Assembly: GCA_964019425.1 (NCBI GenBank)
Contig: OZ025789.1
Coordinates: 496,001-560,000 of the forward strand
DNA: 64,000 nt
Source of the DNA: Flectonema sp. DT1601
Taxonomy: Eukaryota
Reading direction: 5' to 3'
In this document: piece by piece, positions 33,550 to 45,855 of the stretch
How the letters are laid out: each line of letters opens with the position of its first letter
Numbering within the stretch: position 1 is the first letter of the stretch
Notes under the pieces: model-generated
Told to the model about the DNA's origin: nothing
What the model saw: only the letters and a program-made list of their open reading frames with translations
Database searches by the model: none
Position numbers and translations under genes: made by a program

Positions 33550-35250
33550 ATGCCGGCTATGCAATCCCCGACTGCTCGCTACACTGCGGGTTATCAGAAT
33601 TTTGATTTGATCGGATGTACCAGAAAGAGTATTGACCGCGCCATTGATGAAAAGGGATTAAAAGTACTTCTACTTGACTCTGTGACTGAAGCAGTAGTGA
33701 GCATGACTTATTCTTTCAATGAAATGCTATCAAAGGATGTCTATTTAATCGATCAAATGTCAAACCCAAAAAGACAACGACAGGGACATCTGAAGGCGAT
33801 TCTCTTCATTCAACCGACAGAACAGAACTGTGAATTCATTGAAAGGGAGCTCCGTGATCCAATGTACGGAGGGTATTATTTGTTTTTCACGAATATAGCT
33901 GAGAACCACATCTTGGAACGAATTGCCCAGGCCGACGACAGAGAGAGAGTGCAACAAGTTCACGAAGTGTATTCTGACTACCTACCAATACATCCTTATG
34001 CTTTCACATGCGACGTTAGAAAACCTCTTTTATTAGACTCTGAAATGGACGCGTCTCGTATATGTGATGTAATAGTTGGTGTCCTGCTATCAGTAAGGCG
34101 TGATCCGTGGATTAGATACCAAGAATCAAGTACTTCCTGTACTCGTCTTGCACAGGCAATCACAAAGAGAACTCAAAGTGATGCGTCGCTATTTGAGTTT
34201 AGGAGATCAACTGACTGCGTGTTACTTCTACTGGACAGAAGAGATGATATTATTACACCTCTGTTAACACAATGGACGTATGAAGCAATGGTTCATCAAC
34301 ATTATGGAATCACTCACCATAAAGCTCAAATTCCTGGAGAAGAACAAATGAATCTGATACCCCTATACGATCCATTTTGGATTGAAAATTTACATTCTAA
34401 TTGGGGTGAAGTTTGTCAAAATGTAAAGAAATTTGTTGATACTTACAAATCAAAAACACATATGAAAGACGACACTACAAATTTAGAAGACATAAAAAAA
34501 TTCATGGACAAAATGCCAGAACTGCGTAAAGAGAGCGTCAGCATCGGAAAACACGCGAATATCGCTGCGGATTTGGGAAGGATAATTAAAAGCAGAGAAC
34601 TGATGACGATTTCTAGTTTAGAACAGGAGATTTCTTGTACCAGCAATCACAAAGAACACGTTGAAGCCCTCACTGAAATGCTTTCGGCGATGGAAACGAA
34701 TCCACCTGACTGTTTATTACTCTTAGTCATCTATGCCATACGATGGGAAAAACATAAAGAAAATCAACTACCACGTCTAAAACAAATCCTCTGCGATTCA
34801 AAAGGTCTGTCTCAAACTTCTGTCACGAACACAATTGAAAACGCTCTTCGCTATGGTGGAGCCAAACAACGAAGCTCTGATTTATTTGATGAAGAAAAAA
34901 AGTTATCAAATATGCTGAGACAAGCAGTAAAAGGAATGCAAGAAGTTGAAAATATCTACACCCAGCATGAACCTTTGTTAAAAAAGACTCTTCTTTCAGT
35001 GTTCAAGAAGAAATTATCAACAGAGCTATTCCCGTATACTTCCACGAAGACTCCTCCAAATCCGAAAGATTTCAAACCAAAAGAAGTCATAGTCTTCATA
35101 GTCGGAGGGATGTCCTGCGAAGAAATGAAATGTGTCAAAGAATGTATGGATGAACTTAATAAAGAAGTAGCTACGGGAGGTTATAAAATTATATTAGGAG
35201 GGACAGATGTTCTCAGGAGTAGTGAAGTCATGGATGCATTGTCAAAATAA
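33550..35250 (+). CDS. VPS45: Vacuolar protein sorting 45 (Sec1/Munc18 family)
   Basis: KVLLLD, HLKAI.F..PT, EL..P.YG.Y.LFF.N, ADD.E.V.QV.E.Y.D, LLDRRDD.ITPLLTQWTYEAMVH, ENIYTQHEPLL and VIVFIVGG. Confidence 0.92.
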   Translation: MPAMQSPTARYTAGYQNFDLIGCTRKSIDRAIDEKGLKVLLLDSVTEAVVSMTYSFNEMLSKDVYLIDQMSNPKRQRQGHLKAILFIQPTEQNCEFIERELRDPMYGGYYLFFTNIAENHILERIAQADDRERVQQVHEVYSDYLPIHPYAFTCDVRKPLLLDSEMDASRICDVIVGVLLSVRRDPWIRYQESSTSCTRLAQAITKRTQSDASLFEFRRSTDCVLLLLDRRDDIITPLLTQWTYEAMVHQHYGITHHKAQIPGEEQMNLIPLYDPFWIENLHSNWGEVCQNVKKFVDTYKSKTHMKDDTTNLEDIKKFMDKMPELRKESVSIGKHANIAADLGRIIKSRELMTISSLEQEISCTSNHKEHVEALTEMLSAMETNPPDCLLLLVIYAIRWEKHKENQLPRLKQILCDSKGLSQTSVTNTIENALRYGGAKQRSSDLFDEEKKLSNMLRQAVKGMQEVENIYTQHEPLLKKTLLSVFKKKLSTELFPYTSTKTPPNPKDFKPKEVIVFIVGGMSCEEMKCVKECMDELNKEVATGGYKIILGGTDVLRSSEVMDALSK

Positions 35251-35645
35251 GATTTTAAAATTTTTTTGTTTCAAATTAATGGATATATCTGTTTCGCTCT
35301 GTTTGTGAGAGAATAGAGAAAAAATGAGTGTTTTTTACGTTCTGTTTTCCCCACCCCCATTTTTTTATTTTCGTTCTCCTCTATGCTCTTCCCCTTTAAA
35401 TCTTTTTTTGCCAAGTGAAAACCCATAAGCTAACTTGTTTTTTTGAGTTTTTTTTTTTCTTTTTATTTGTCCTCGAACTCGCTTCATGATATTCTGTCCT
35501 CGCTTAGTTTAAAAAAAAAAAAAAAAATTCAATTTGGTTTTTTGTTGTTTTGGAAATATAAAAAAAAAAAAAAAAAAATTAGTTTTTTGTCATGAGATTA
35601 CAATACAATACCTTACCTTAAAAACTCAACAGGAAGGTTCACTAC

Positions 35646-37283
35646 ATGAACGGCCCATCAGACGGTTGGGTCAGAGGAAGAGACTACCGAAGAGGAAATC
35701 GATTGGGTAGTGGTGGTTATGGTGTAGTCTTTGAGTGCATTAACATGAACCCAACCGTACGAAAAGAAGGAATAAAATTAAACAGAGGAGCGTTATTCGC
35801 TGAAAAGGTAGTAGAACTCGCTTGTGACAGAGGTTCCATCAACGAATTACGCAACGAAGTCGAGGTTTTATCATCTTTACAACACCCTCACATTGTTAGA
35901 TACTACGGAAGTTACATATCAGGAAAAGAAAGATGTAGATTACATTTGTTTATGGAATACGTTCCAGGGGGTAGTCTACATGACATAGTAGTTCAGTTTG
36001 GTCGATTATCAGAAGCAGTAATTCAGACATACACAGAACAGATTCTTCAGGCACTTCAATACCTTCATAGTGAGGGTTATGTTCACAGAGATCTTAAAGC
36101 GTCGAATATTCTAATCAATACTTCTTCTGTTGTAAAAGTTGGTGATTTTGGAACTTGTCATCGAATGGAGAACCTTAGAAATCAAAATCATGAAATCGAA
36201 CTATCTCAGGTGGGAACTCCATCGTTCTTCCCTCCAGAACGAATATTAGAGAAGAAGATTGGACCACAAACTGATATTTGGGCTTTGGGGTGCGTCATCT
36301 TAGAAATGATAAATGGATACAGACCTTTCCGACATGCTGAGAATGTCTACCAGGTCGGGTACAGACTATCATCTGGTGAGCTACCTTCTGAGGAAGTTCC
36401 AGGAACAGCTAGTAATGAACTGAGAAAGTTTGTAAAACTTTGTTGTGAAAGAGATTTAGATCGAAGACCGCTATCGAATACTTTACTCAATGATCAATTT
36501 ATCAAAATGGAAATTGGAAGTGAGTCTACGAGTGATTTCGGATACGGATCAGACGGTACTGATGACAGAATGTCTTTAGAAATGACAGAAACGATGACCA
36601 TCAGTACTCTAAATTACTACAACAGTACGATAGCTGCTACTTCAACAGCTGAATATGGACAACAACAAATTGTTCAGCAAGTTCCGCTTGTAGCTGCTGC
36701 TTCTCGTCAGCCAGCACATGGTCATAGAAGTGTTCGAAAAAGGAAATATATACCATCAATGCAAGCCTGTTTTAGCGGTTGTGCTATTGCAGCAGGTGCA
36801 TCAGTGCTACAGTCAATAGGATACGCAAAGAACTTAATATCAAAGTATTCGACAACTCCAAAAGGGATGGCAGCGATATCTGACGGTGCTGTTAGTTTAC
36901 AACATGGACACACTAGTCAAAGTGCTCTTATTAGGGGTTGTGTTTGGTTGGTTGGGATAACTACACCCCCGGCAGAGCTGACGACCTTTTTACAACGTGC
37001 TCGAGAACGACACTCTGAATATCATGAGCGTCATCATAATGGGAGTATGTTCTATTATTTTATGAGGAAGAAAGGTACAAAGTCATTTAGAAAGTTTATG
37101 ATGTTTACTTTCTGTACTGCTCTTCTTACTCTTATGTACGAACTGGTTCTTCTCATTCGAGAGAAGAGGAAACTAATTCAGCAAGAGGGTGCGTACTCTC
37201 CACGTTGCCGACCAAGCGCAAATATTCGCATAATTCAGAGGTACTTGCGCTGTAAGACAGGTGGAAAGTTAACTGAGGGATAA
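35646..37283 (+). CDS. STE/MAP3K-like Ser/Thr kinase with C-terminal hydrophobic segment
   Basis: GSGGYG, AEK, HPHIVRYYG, MEYVPGGSL, HRDLKASN, DFG, GTPSFFPPE and DIWALGC; TM-like FMMFTFCTALLTLMYELVLLI near the C-terminus. Confidence 0.9.
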   Translation: MNGPSDGWVRGRDYRRGNRLGSGGYGVVFECINMNPTVRKEGIKLNRGALFAEKVVELACDRGSINELRNEVEVLSSLQHPHIVRYYGSYISGKERCRLHLFMEYVPGGSLHDIVVQFGRLSEAVIQTYTEQILQALQYLHSEGYVHRDLKASNILINTSSVVKVGDFGTCHRMENLRNQNHEIELSQVGTPSFFPPERILEKKIGPQTDIWALGCVILEMINGYRPFRHAENVYQVGYRLSSGELPSEEVPGTASNELRKFVKLCCERDLDRRPLSNTLLNDQFIKMEIGSESTSDFGYGSDGTDDRMSLEMTETMTISTLNYYNSTIAATSTAEYGQQQIVQQVPLVAAASRQPAHGHRSVRKRKYIPSMQACFSGCAIAAGASVLQSIGYAKNLISKYSTTPKGMAAISDGAVSLQHGHTSQSALIRGCVWLVGITTPPAELTTFLQRARERHSEYHERHHNGSMFYYFMRKKGTKSFRKFMMFTFCTALLTLMYELVLLIREKRKLIQQEGAYSPRCRPSANIRIIQRYLRCKTGGKLTEG

Positions 37284-38066
37284 GTTTTTTTTTTTTTTGT
37301 TGTGTGTTTTTTTTTTGTTCAGTTTTAAGCGATCTCATCGCTGTAGTATTGGTGACGGTCACTTGAGCAATATAATCGCCACCCCCTTTTCCTCTCAGAA
37401 TGGTTGAACTTGATTTGTGATAGCGAGAGATGCTTCACTTTATTTTTCTTTTTTTGAGAACGATGTTGGAGCGCCCGTAAGAAATATGCTCTTTTTAAAA
37501 AAAAAAAGAAAATAGGCGTCTATTGGAAATGCCACCAAAAGGAGGGAAACACTCCTCGCTACGTACGTATTGGTTCTCTTCTCGCTTGTGATAAAATTTA
37601 TCAGTCAGTTCAGATCTAGTTGATCTCTGGGGTTAAGCGTCTTGAAAGACGAATTGATCATCTCTCCCCTTTTTATGATTCTGTCTTGCCTCCTGAATTT
37701 GACCTTTTTCTTTTTTTTTTTTTTAAAAAAAGAAGGCTGCGTAAATGGCTAATACTCGTCTGGATTCCTGTCTTCCTCCGTCACCTTATTTACGGTGCAA
37801 ATCAGAAATAATGTAATACACTCTGAAGAACGTAAATGACGGTTTTTTGTTGTCATCTGTAAAATATCAATACCACAATTTCAAAAAAAAAGAGACGTCT
37901 TTTTTACTGCTAATGTCAAGTCTTGTAGCCACCTTTCGAGGGTCTGTTGTCCTTACGTGTGCCTTAAAGCAAGAAAAAGAAAGGCAAATAAAAAAAAATA
38001 AATGAATAACTTGTTTTTTTGACTTCGCTCTCTACGTACGTACGAAAGAAAAATAAAAAAAACCGT

Positions 38067-38140
38067 TTCAGATTTGCCTTTTTTTTTCCTTGAACGCAGA
38101 CAGAATCTGGTCGCAGGGAAAATAAATCATGACCATGAGA
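38067..38140. repeat. Dispersed repeat family R1, inverted partial copy
   Basis: The reverse complement reads ATGGTCATGATTTATTTTCCCTGCGACCAGATTCTGTCTGCGTTCAA...GGCAAATCTGAA, matching ~47430-47499. Confidence 0.8.
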
Positions 38141-38441
38141 AGTAACTTCAAAAATGGTCTACTTCATGTTTTACTTTTTTACTTTGAGTGTGATACGAAA
38201 TTACGAGCCTTTGGACATTCTTTTTAACAAATCAATTTTTTTAGTGTCAAGAATGGTCAAGTTCAGTCCATTACTTTCCTGAGATGTTCACAGTTTTCAA
38301 CTTCATTGTCCCAATTAGTTTTGTTTTGTATTTGTTGCATCTTTACTGTTTAACGTACTACTGAGTTGGTATCACAATATTTTATCATTTTGTTCATACT
38401 GATAATTCAACATAATTTACTACTCAGTACCAACCACTAAA

Positions 38442-39809
38442 ATGAAGGGCAAGGTAATTAGTTGGAACAAAGGAAGTGGATTTGGATTTGTACGTGGCCC
38501 AAGAGGAATTTCTGTCTACGTACATCACTCACTGATAGGTGGTGAGTTAGTCATTGGAGAAGATGTTGAGTTCGAGCATGAAGTTGTTCAAATTGACGGT
38601 CAAGAAAAAAACAGAGCAACCAAATGCTCAGGATATGGAGTAAGAAAAAGAGGTAAAGAAAAAGGTATCGTTGTGAGTTGGATGGGAAATTTTGGATTTA
38701 TTGGAATTAACAAGAAGGATGTCACTGAATGTTTATTTGTTCATAAAAGAGTACTCGGTGACGAACTCCAACTATCACCTGGACAAACTGTTTATTTTGA
38801 TATTGTTGACAAAAACGGACGGGAAGAAGCAACATCCTTATCTGGTCCTGGTGTCGTAAGAGAGTCTGAAGCCGTTAGAAACTTTTTTAAGGAAATCAGA
38901 GTAGACATCGATCAAGAGCTCCTCGATGAATTTCGTATTGTTGAGGATCTCATGGTCCACCCTCGCGAACTTAGCGACAAGGGCTTCAGTCGTGAAGCTG
39001 TTGCCCGTATAATGGATAAATGTGGTGAACTTAGAGAATTAAAAGCACAATACAAACACTCAAAAAAGAATAGTCGTCCTGAAAACTGTGCTCGTGTCTC
39101 TCGTTGGGACTTCATCCGCGGTTATGGATTTGTCTTTTTTGAAGACAAGAAGAAACGTTTGATGGTCCCAATGACTGCTCTTGGTTCAGAAGGAGGTCAC
39201 TTGATTGAAGGAGAGGAAGTAATTGTTGTGTCACAAGACAAGGGTCGTGCGACTGAAGTAACTGGATTCGGAGTCAAGCCACGAGGCAAAGTCCGAGGTC
39301 TTGTAAAATCATGGAACGTCGGAGGGGGCTACGGTTGGGTCACCGCCGACGACACCTGCGTTGAGTCGCATTTTGCCCAGAGAGACCTTCCTATGGGTTG
39401 TGGTGTCTTCCCTGGTGAAATTATTTATTATGATGAAATTGTTAAGGATGAAAAATCTGGTAAAACTTCTGCTGTTAACATTACTGGTAGAGCACTCTGT
39501 CCACTTGAAGAGATTGATGAGATTTATTCAATAAAAAATAGGGGAATGCAACCTCCTATGAGAGGAGGCCGTGGTGGTTATGGCCCACCACAAGGAGGTA
39601 AGGGAGGATACTATGATGGTGGATATGACAGGGAACCTCCACAGCGTTCAGGGGGATACGACTACGGAAACCATTATGATCACTCTGACCATCGCGGACC
39701 TCCCCAACACCTCTCTGGTGGTCATAAGGGAGATAAGTACGGTCCCCCTCGTGGTGGACGTGGCGGCAAAGGCTTCCGCAACAACGATCGTAATCGTGAT
39801 CGTTACTAG
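38442..39809 (+). CDS. RNA-binding protein with four cold-shock domains and RGG-rich tail
   Basis: Four CSD-like units (G.V.SW...GFGF...VYVH; SW..NFGFI..LFVH; RW...GYGFV; G.VKSW...GYGWV); the tail has RGGRGG repeats. Confidence 0.88.
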   Translation: MKGKVISWNKGSGFGFVRGPRGISVYVHHSLIGGELVIGEDVEFEHEVVQIDGQEKNRATKCSGYGVRKRGKEKGIVVSWMGNFGFIGINKKDVTECLFVHKRVLGDELQLSPGQTVYFDIVDKNGREEATSLSGPGVVRESEAVRNFFKEIRVDIDQELLDEFRIVEDLMVHPRELSDKGFSREAVARIMDKCGELRELKAQYKHSKKNSRPENCARVSRWDFIRGYGFVFFEDKKKRLMVPMTALGSEGGHLIEGEEVIVVSQDKGRATEVTGFGVKPRGKVRGLVKSWNVGGGYGWVTADDTCVESHFAQRDLPMGCGVFPGEIIYYDEIVKDEKSGKTSAVNITGRALCPLEEIDEIYSIKNRGMQPPMRGGRGGYGPPQGGKGGYYDGGYDREPPQRSGGYDYGNHYDHSDHRGPPQHLSGGHKGDKYGPPRGGRGGKGFRNNDRNRDRY

Positions 39810-41268
39810 GAGAAGCTCTCGCTCTTCCCATCTCCTCACGGAAAAAAAAAAAGTTGTCTGGGGACCAGTTTGCGTGCCCCTTCCCCTAAACAAGAAAGTA
39901 AAAAAACAACAAAAAAAAAAAACGAACGAGTAACCTATTACGTACTTTGGATAATTGATTCTACGAAGAAAAAAAAAATAGTAACAAAAAAAAAAAAAAA
40001 GTTTCCCCCCCTTTTTGACAAGAGTTGGTGTTTCTAACATTTTTATAATGCTGCGCTAAAAAAAACCAAACAGCGAAGTATCGTGCAATATATTGCAGAC
40101 ATGTTACTCTTCCCACACAGTTGCTTGTGGATGAGAGGTGATAGTCTCGTATTTGCATGTGTTCCCACCCTAGAATGCCTTCAGAAGAGCCAACGTACAA
40201 GTAGAGCCTTGCGTGTTGGGTATTCGGTTGTCATTTTCTCATACCAGTAGGATTATGTATTTCATAAGTTGAACTTAAATTTTTTTAACAACAAGACCCT
40301 TTTTTTTTTCCTCTTTTATTTTATTAAAAGTCTTAACTTGCCTTTTTTTTTTTTTTTTTTTTTTTTTCCCTTCGATTTTTTCTGCACTTTTGTGTAGCAA
40401 AAGTGGAAGCATTACCCGAATATGATTTCTTTTGTGAGCCAGTTTTTTTCAGAGACATCGATCTTGTCTTTGTCTCTGCCTGCTGCTTTTGCATCGGGTG
40501 ACGTAGTTTTAGTCCCATTCCAGGGATCTGTATTTTTCCAACTCTTTTTTTTCTTTCTTGGAAAAAAAAAAAAAAAAAAGTGTTTTCCTAACTTGATGAT
40601 GGCTAAAGACACTTGTGATTTTTAAAAAAAAAAAAAAATAATAATAATATAATGCATTGATTAAAAAAATGGGGGAGGAAGAAAAAACAAACAAAAAAAA
40701 AAAAAAAAAAAAAAAAAAAGAGAGAGAGAACACAAAAATAAAACAAAAAACAAAAAAATGATAATATTGCATTTTTGCACCTTTAATTGGCACTGAGCCA
40801 TTTTTCTTCCACTGATGTTTTTACTTCTCTTTTTAAAAATAAGCGTATTTTTTACGCGGATGACAAAAACGCTGCAATTTGAGGGTATTTCTCTCAATTC
40901 GTTTATGCAGAACCACTATAACAAAGTGCCACATAAGAATACTACCTTAAAAAAAAAAATAAAAAACAAAAAGAGGACACAATACAAAAGGGGAAGTGAT
41001 GAAAGTGTGTGACCCTTAAGCATAACTGACATTTTCAATATTTATTAAAAAAAAATAAAATGTTTTTTTTTTTTTTATAATATAATTTTTTATTATTATT
41101 ATTATTATTATTATGTTTTGGGTTTTTTTTTAATTGAAGCAAAATCACTAATCTCATTTTTTTTTTTTTTAAAGTTTCAGGAGAAGACATAAAACATGTA
41201 ACAATCTCTAAAGCAGAGCCTAGGTATTGATTTCGTTTCTTTATTGTTATTTTTGTAAGCAACCCCAA

Positions 41269-44200
41269 ATGTCAAATGGTTATTTTGGGGGTTCGCTAGC
41301 CTCTACACGACCGGGAAGTCCCCACATTTTATTACGAAGAGCCTTTGAAAGGGCGTTCAGGCGACCCGCTCCTGCAGGTGTTAGAATCGACGATGGTTGG
41401 GATGAGTTACAGACAAAGAAATTTAGTCCGAAAGGAAGTAATAAAAAAATAAATAAATCTCTGAGTCTCTCTCCCTCAAGGAATTATCAGAAGAATGACA
41501 TAGCAAACGGAGACAATGACAGTGACATTAAGTTCTTAGGCCTCTCTTCTGCAGGAGCTGTTTCTCTAGATAGTAACTTCCTTACGCTAAGCAGCGATGA
41601 TGGTCCAGATAGGTCAGTCTACACTGATTCCCTCAAACAGGGAGGTATCTTCGTTGATCATTCTACTATTCAAATAGATGGTGGGATCCGCTTTACAATG
41701 GCTTCTAAAGCACTTCGTAATTTCACTGAAACTTGTTCTAGACTCGGAATCGAACTTAATACGTCTTCTGAAAATGAAATCGTTAATCGCAATCACTCCA
41801 AACCCGTGTGGTTATCAAAAACCAATAAAGCTAATGAAGGTAGCCCATCACTCGATATAATAACGCAAGTTGCCGACATGATTGTCGAAGAGCTGGGGCG
41901 AGATCCTCAGGGATATATTCAGCCTCTACTGGCACAGATATCAAAGAAAATGCCGTTCGGGAAAGCAATCTACGTGGCATCAGAAGCAGGTGCATACAGT
42001 AGGAGTATTCAGCCATGTGAGAATACGGCTTCAGTGTCGCATTCGTACGGATTCTCGAAGGTGAGGACTCCACAGTCGCAAAACAATTCTTCTTCTTTTG
42101 TAACTCCTCAGCATCATCACGATGAAAGTCAATTAGTTCAACCGGTGTTCTCTTCTGCAATGCAATCTCCTCTCGGTAATCAACTTACTGATTACAGCGG
42201 TCAGCAGTCTGTAGCCGTAGTATCACCAACTCACGTAGGAAAGCAACCACTTCCTGCTGTACCGCCAGTACTGAGTCAGCCTGCTGGAGATGTGACGTCA
42301 GTGAGTCAGCTTCAAACACCTAATGATGGTAATAATATTATTCAAAATCAAGTTCTTCAGTCTCAAGATCACAGGAATATAAGACTTCCATTGCATATCC
42401 TATCACCTCAACAAGCTTCTCAACATCTTCAAACTTCTCCTTCACTTCTGCAGCGGCATGCGCAGCAAACATCTGTATTGCCACAGCAATTTAAAGAGAG
42501 CAGCTCACAGCAGACTCCTCAATCTCAGTCGCAAGTGCAACAGCAGTCTCAACGGCAACCCGAACAGCAACTGTTAAGTCCGGAACAGCACTTTCTGCTA
42601 TCTGCCATTCAGCAACAGAATACAGTCACTCGTCAACAGTTAGAAGGACAGCAAGCAGTTCCATTGCAACAGGGTGTGGATTCTCTGCGACCACCAGAAC
42701 AACAACAGCAGCAGCTACAGTATCAGCAACTGCAACAACAACACCAGCCACAACAACAACAACTGCAGCAGCAACCGCAGCCGCAGCTACTACTACTACA
42801 GCAGCAGCAGCAACAGCAACCACAACTACAGTCACAACCGCAACAAGATACTTCTCATATCCACTCTGAGCCAACTGTTAACAGCCAACAGCAATTGATG
42901 AAGAGTTCAGTGATTCAGCCAACACAACAGCCGCAGCTACTGCAGCAGCAACTACAGCCGCATCAACAGCAACAACAACAACCCCAGCTGCAACAGCAGC
43001 AACTACAGCATCAGCAACTGGAACAACAACAACTACAACAACCACAGCCGCAGCTACAACTACAGCAGCAACCACAGCCGCATCGACAGCAACAACAACT
43101 ACAGCCACAACTACAGCAGCAACTGCAGCAGCAGCAACAACTACAACTTCAGTCACAACCGCAGCAAGGTACTCCTCAGCATATCCACTCTGAGCCAACT
43201 GTTGACAGCCAACAACAATTAATGAAGAATTCGGTGATTCAGCCAACACAACAGCCGCAGCCACAACTGCAGCAGCAACCACAGCCGCATCAACAACAAC
43301 CACAACAACCACAGCTGCAACAACAACCACAGCTTCAACAACAACCACAGCTTCAACAGCAACCACAACTACAGTCACAACCGCAACAAGATACTTCTCA
43401 TATGCACTCTGAGCCGGCTGTTAACAGCCAACAGCAATTGATGAAGAGTTCAGTGATTCAGCCAACACAACAGCCGCAGCAGCAACTACAGCCGCATCAA
43501 CAGCGACAACAACAACCCCAGCTGCAACAGCAGCAACCCCAACCGCATCAACAGCAACCACAACTACAGTCACAACCGCAACAAGATACTTCTCATATCC
43601 ACTCTGAGCCAACTGTTAACAGCCAACAGCAATTGATGAAGAGTTCAGTGATTCAGCCAACACAACTCTCGGGATTGACGGCTGAGCAACGTGTGCAGCC
43701 CATGTTTCAGCAGCCAACACACATGGTTGGAATTCCATCAGTTGTGCAATCAGATACTACACAACAACATCAACATCAAAGCTCTCAAAACATGTTGCAG
43801 ACCTCGCAGCAAGTTCAGGGATCCCAAAATGTGGGGCCAAATAGCTCACAGCAAACACAGCAACCAGCGTTTGGTGTTGTTGTTTGCTCACAATCTGTTC
43901 CAGTGCAGCCTGTATCTGCAGCTCAAAATATACTCTCAGTGAACTCCTCATCTGTTGTGTTACAACAGCAGATGCCTGCAAACGAAAATATGCATTCTTC
44001 TCTCTCTCAACTACCCGCACAGCAGGTAGCTTCACAGCAACAACCACAGCAACAACTACAGCAACATGGCTTTGAGAAGCTAAGTGACCCTCCGCCTCAG
44101 AGTTTAGTGTCTGCTACTCCAGAGATTCAGAAAGCCGTAAATCAACAAGTGACTCCTGTTATCAAACAAGTAACTCCTCACCATGCGGATGTCATAACTC

Positions 44201-45399
44201 AAAGAGATCTCAATGGTGGGACTCAAATGAGTTCTTTAACTCTGCCTTCAAACGATCCTCATCATGGGACACAGATGACTGGAAATGTTCCTTCATCAGC
44301 ATTTGAACAACCGAATGATAGAAATCGTCGTGCCAGTCTTGTCATAAGTACGACTAGTACTACAACACCAGTAAAGTCTCACGTCTCTGCTGATGTTCCA
44401 CACGTAGTACCTCTTAAGAATGCTCCAAACAGAACTTTAGTTCCACTGCCACAACTGCCACCTGGTGTTGTAGAAGTCGACTTTTCAACACCAGATCACA
44501 ATAACATTATCATATCTGAAGCTAAAGGTGTGCTGCAATTCACGGTATGTTCTTTCTTCATGTAAACTTTTTATTAGGGGACACAAACAAAAAAACGAAA
44601 AAAAAAAAAAAAAAAAACCAGATAAACGGAACTCAACCCGTTGGTCCAACAAAGGAAGTGATGTTCGACGGTTTGGGAAACCTTTGGGTGTGTTAAGAGT
44701 TACTTTGATTTTACACTTAATTTTGGGAATGCCATTGCAAAAAAAAACAAAAAAACAAAAAAACAAAAAAACAAAAAAACAAAAAAACAAAAAAACAAAA
44801 AAACAAAAAAACAAAAAAAAAACAATAGTTTCCTGACGTAGACAGCAATATACCCTTACCACATGAGTTAAAAGAAAAGCATCGAGTTTTGGGACATTTA
44901 GCGGGGCTCTGTAACAGTGTTCCGATTGTCGCCCATAACATAGCTAATGATGTAGAAGTAGATTATATAAACATAGCACTGTGGAGACAGAATATATCCC
45001 AATTGTTCGGTTTTAATACTGGAAAAGACGACCTAGAGCTACGTGAAGTAGCCAACGGTTCCCCAGCATCTTCGATAGGAATGAAAGTTCTCGTTGGATA
45101 TCAGATCACTCACATAAATGGAACACCAATTACTACTAAACCGGAATTGCGAGTTGAAGTAGGTCAGGCTGGAAGACAGCTGTCTATAAGACTTGTGGTA
45201 TGTAATTTTTTTTTTTTTTTTTTTCCCGCATGAACTGTAGTTATAATGGCCCAACGCAACGAATATAAAAAAAAAAAAAAAATCCGAACAGAAACCACAA
45301 TGTGTTGTATGCACCCGTCGGGACAGAGGCGGAAGCTTTCGAAAATCTGGTTTTAAATGCAACGAATGCTTCGGCACGAAGAGCATAAAAAAGAAATAG
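41269..45399 (+). CDS. Glutamine-rich protein with C-terminal PDZ-like domain and CxxC..CxxC zinc finger (4 exons)
   Basis: ATG at 41269. Introns 44545-44621, 44688-44828 and 45198-45291 (all phase 0) join the polyQ ORF to a PDZ-like segment (EVANGSPASSIGMK...ITHING) and a last exon KPQCVVC...KCNECFG; TAG at 45397-45399. Confidence 0.8.
42697..43665 (+). repeat. CAA/CAG polyQ region with four copies of a ~33-aa module
   Basis: QSQPQQDTSHIHSEPTVNSQQQLMKSSVIQPTQ (or a near copy) occurs 4 times, separated by variable Q/P tracts. Confidence 0.9.
44738..44823. repeat. (A5-7C)n microsatellite forming the 3' part of an intron
   Basis: About 12 AAAAAAC-type units directly upstream of the acceptor AG at 44827-44828. 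Confidence 0.9.
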
Positions 45400-45422
45400 C
45401 AAGCCGACAAGAGTATCTGCCA

Positions 45423-45518
45423 GCCCTATCAGCTTTTGACGGTAGCGTAGTGGACTACCGTAGTAGTGGTAGTGGACTACCGTAGTAGTGGTAGTGGACT
45501 ACCGTGGCTGTAACGGGT
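45423..45518 (+). pseudogene. 18S rRNA fragment with internal 22-bp tandem triplication
   Basis: Collapsing the repeat gives GCCCTATCAGCTTTTGACGGTAGCGTAGTGGACTACCGTGGCTGTAACGGGT, matching the conserved SSU segment GCCCTATCA.CTT...G.GGTAG..TAGTGG.CTACC.TGG....ACGGGT (recalled consensus). Confidence 0.8.
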
Positions 45519-45855
45519 TTCTTTAGTTTAATAATTGATGTGTTAATTATTCGTCCTGTTTTCTCTTTTTTTTTTTTTTTTTTGGTCGGTTTTGTAGTCA
45601 CGTCCTGTTGCTTATGTGTAACTTCGTCTTTTTCTTAGTAAGGCATTTTCTGTTATTTACTTAGCGAAGAATTTTTATGCTCCTTTTTGCTAACATATTT
45701 TTTTTCAAGGAATTGTTGATTTTAAGCAAGTAATTTGTGGGTGAAACCTACACTCTGCCGTATTGCATTATAACCTGGTTTTGGTTTCCCAGGGCTCACG
45801 ATTAATTCGAAATTGAATAACTCGATGCCGTACTGCACTGAATGACAACACGGAA

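Noticed and set aside
42626..44075. Val/Ala-rich minus-strand ORFs
   Set aside because: They are antisense shadows of the CAA/CAG repeats.
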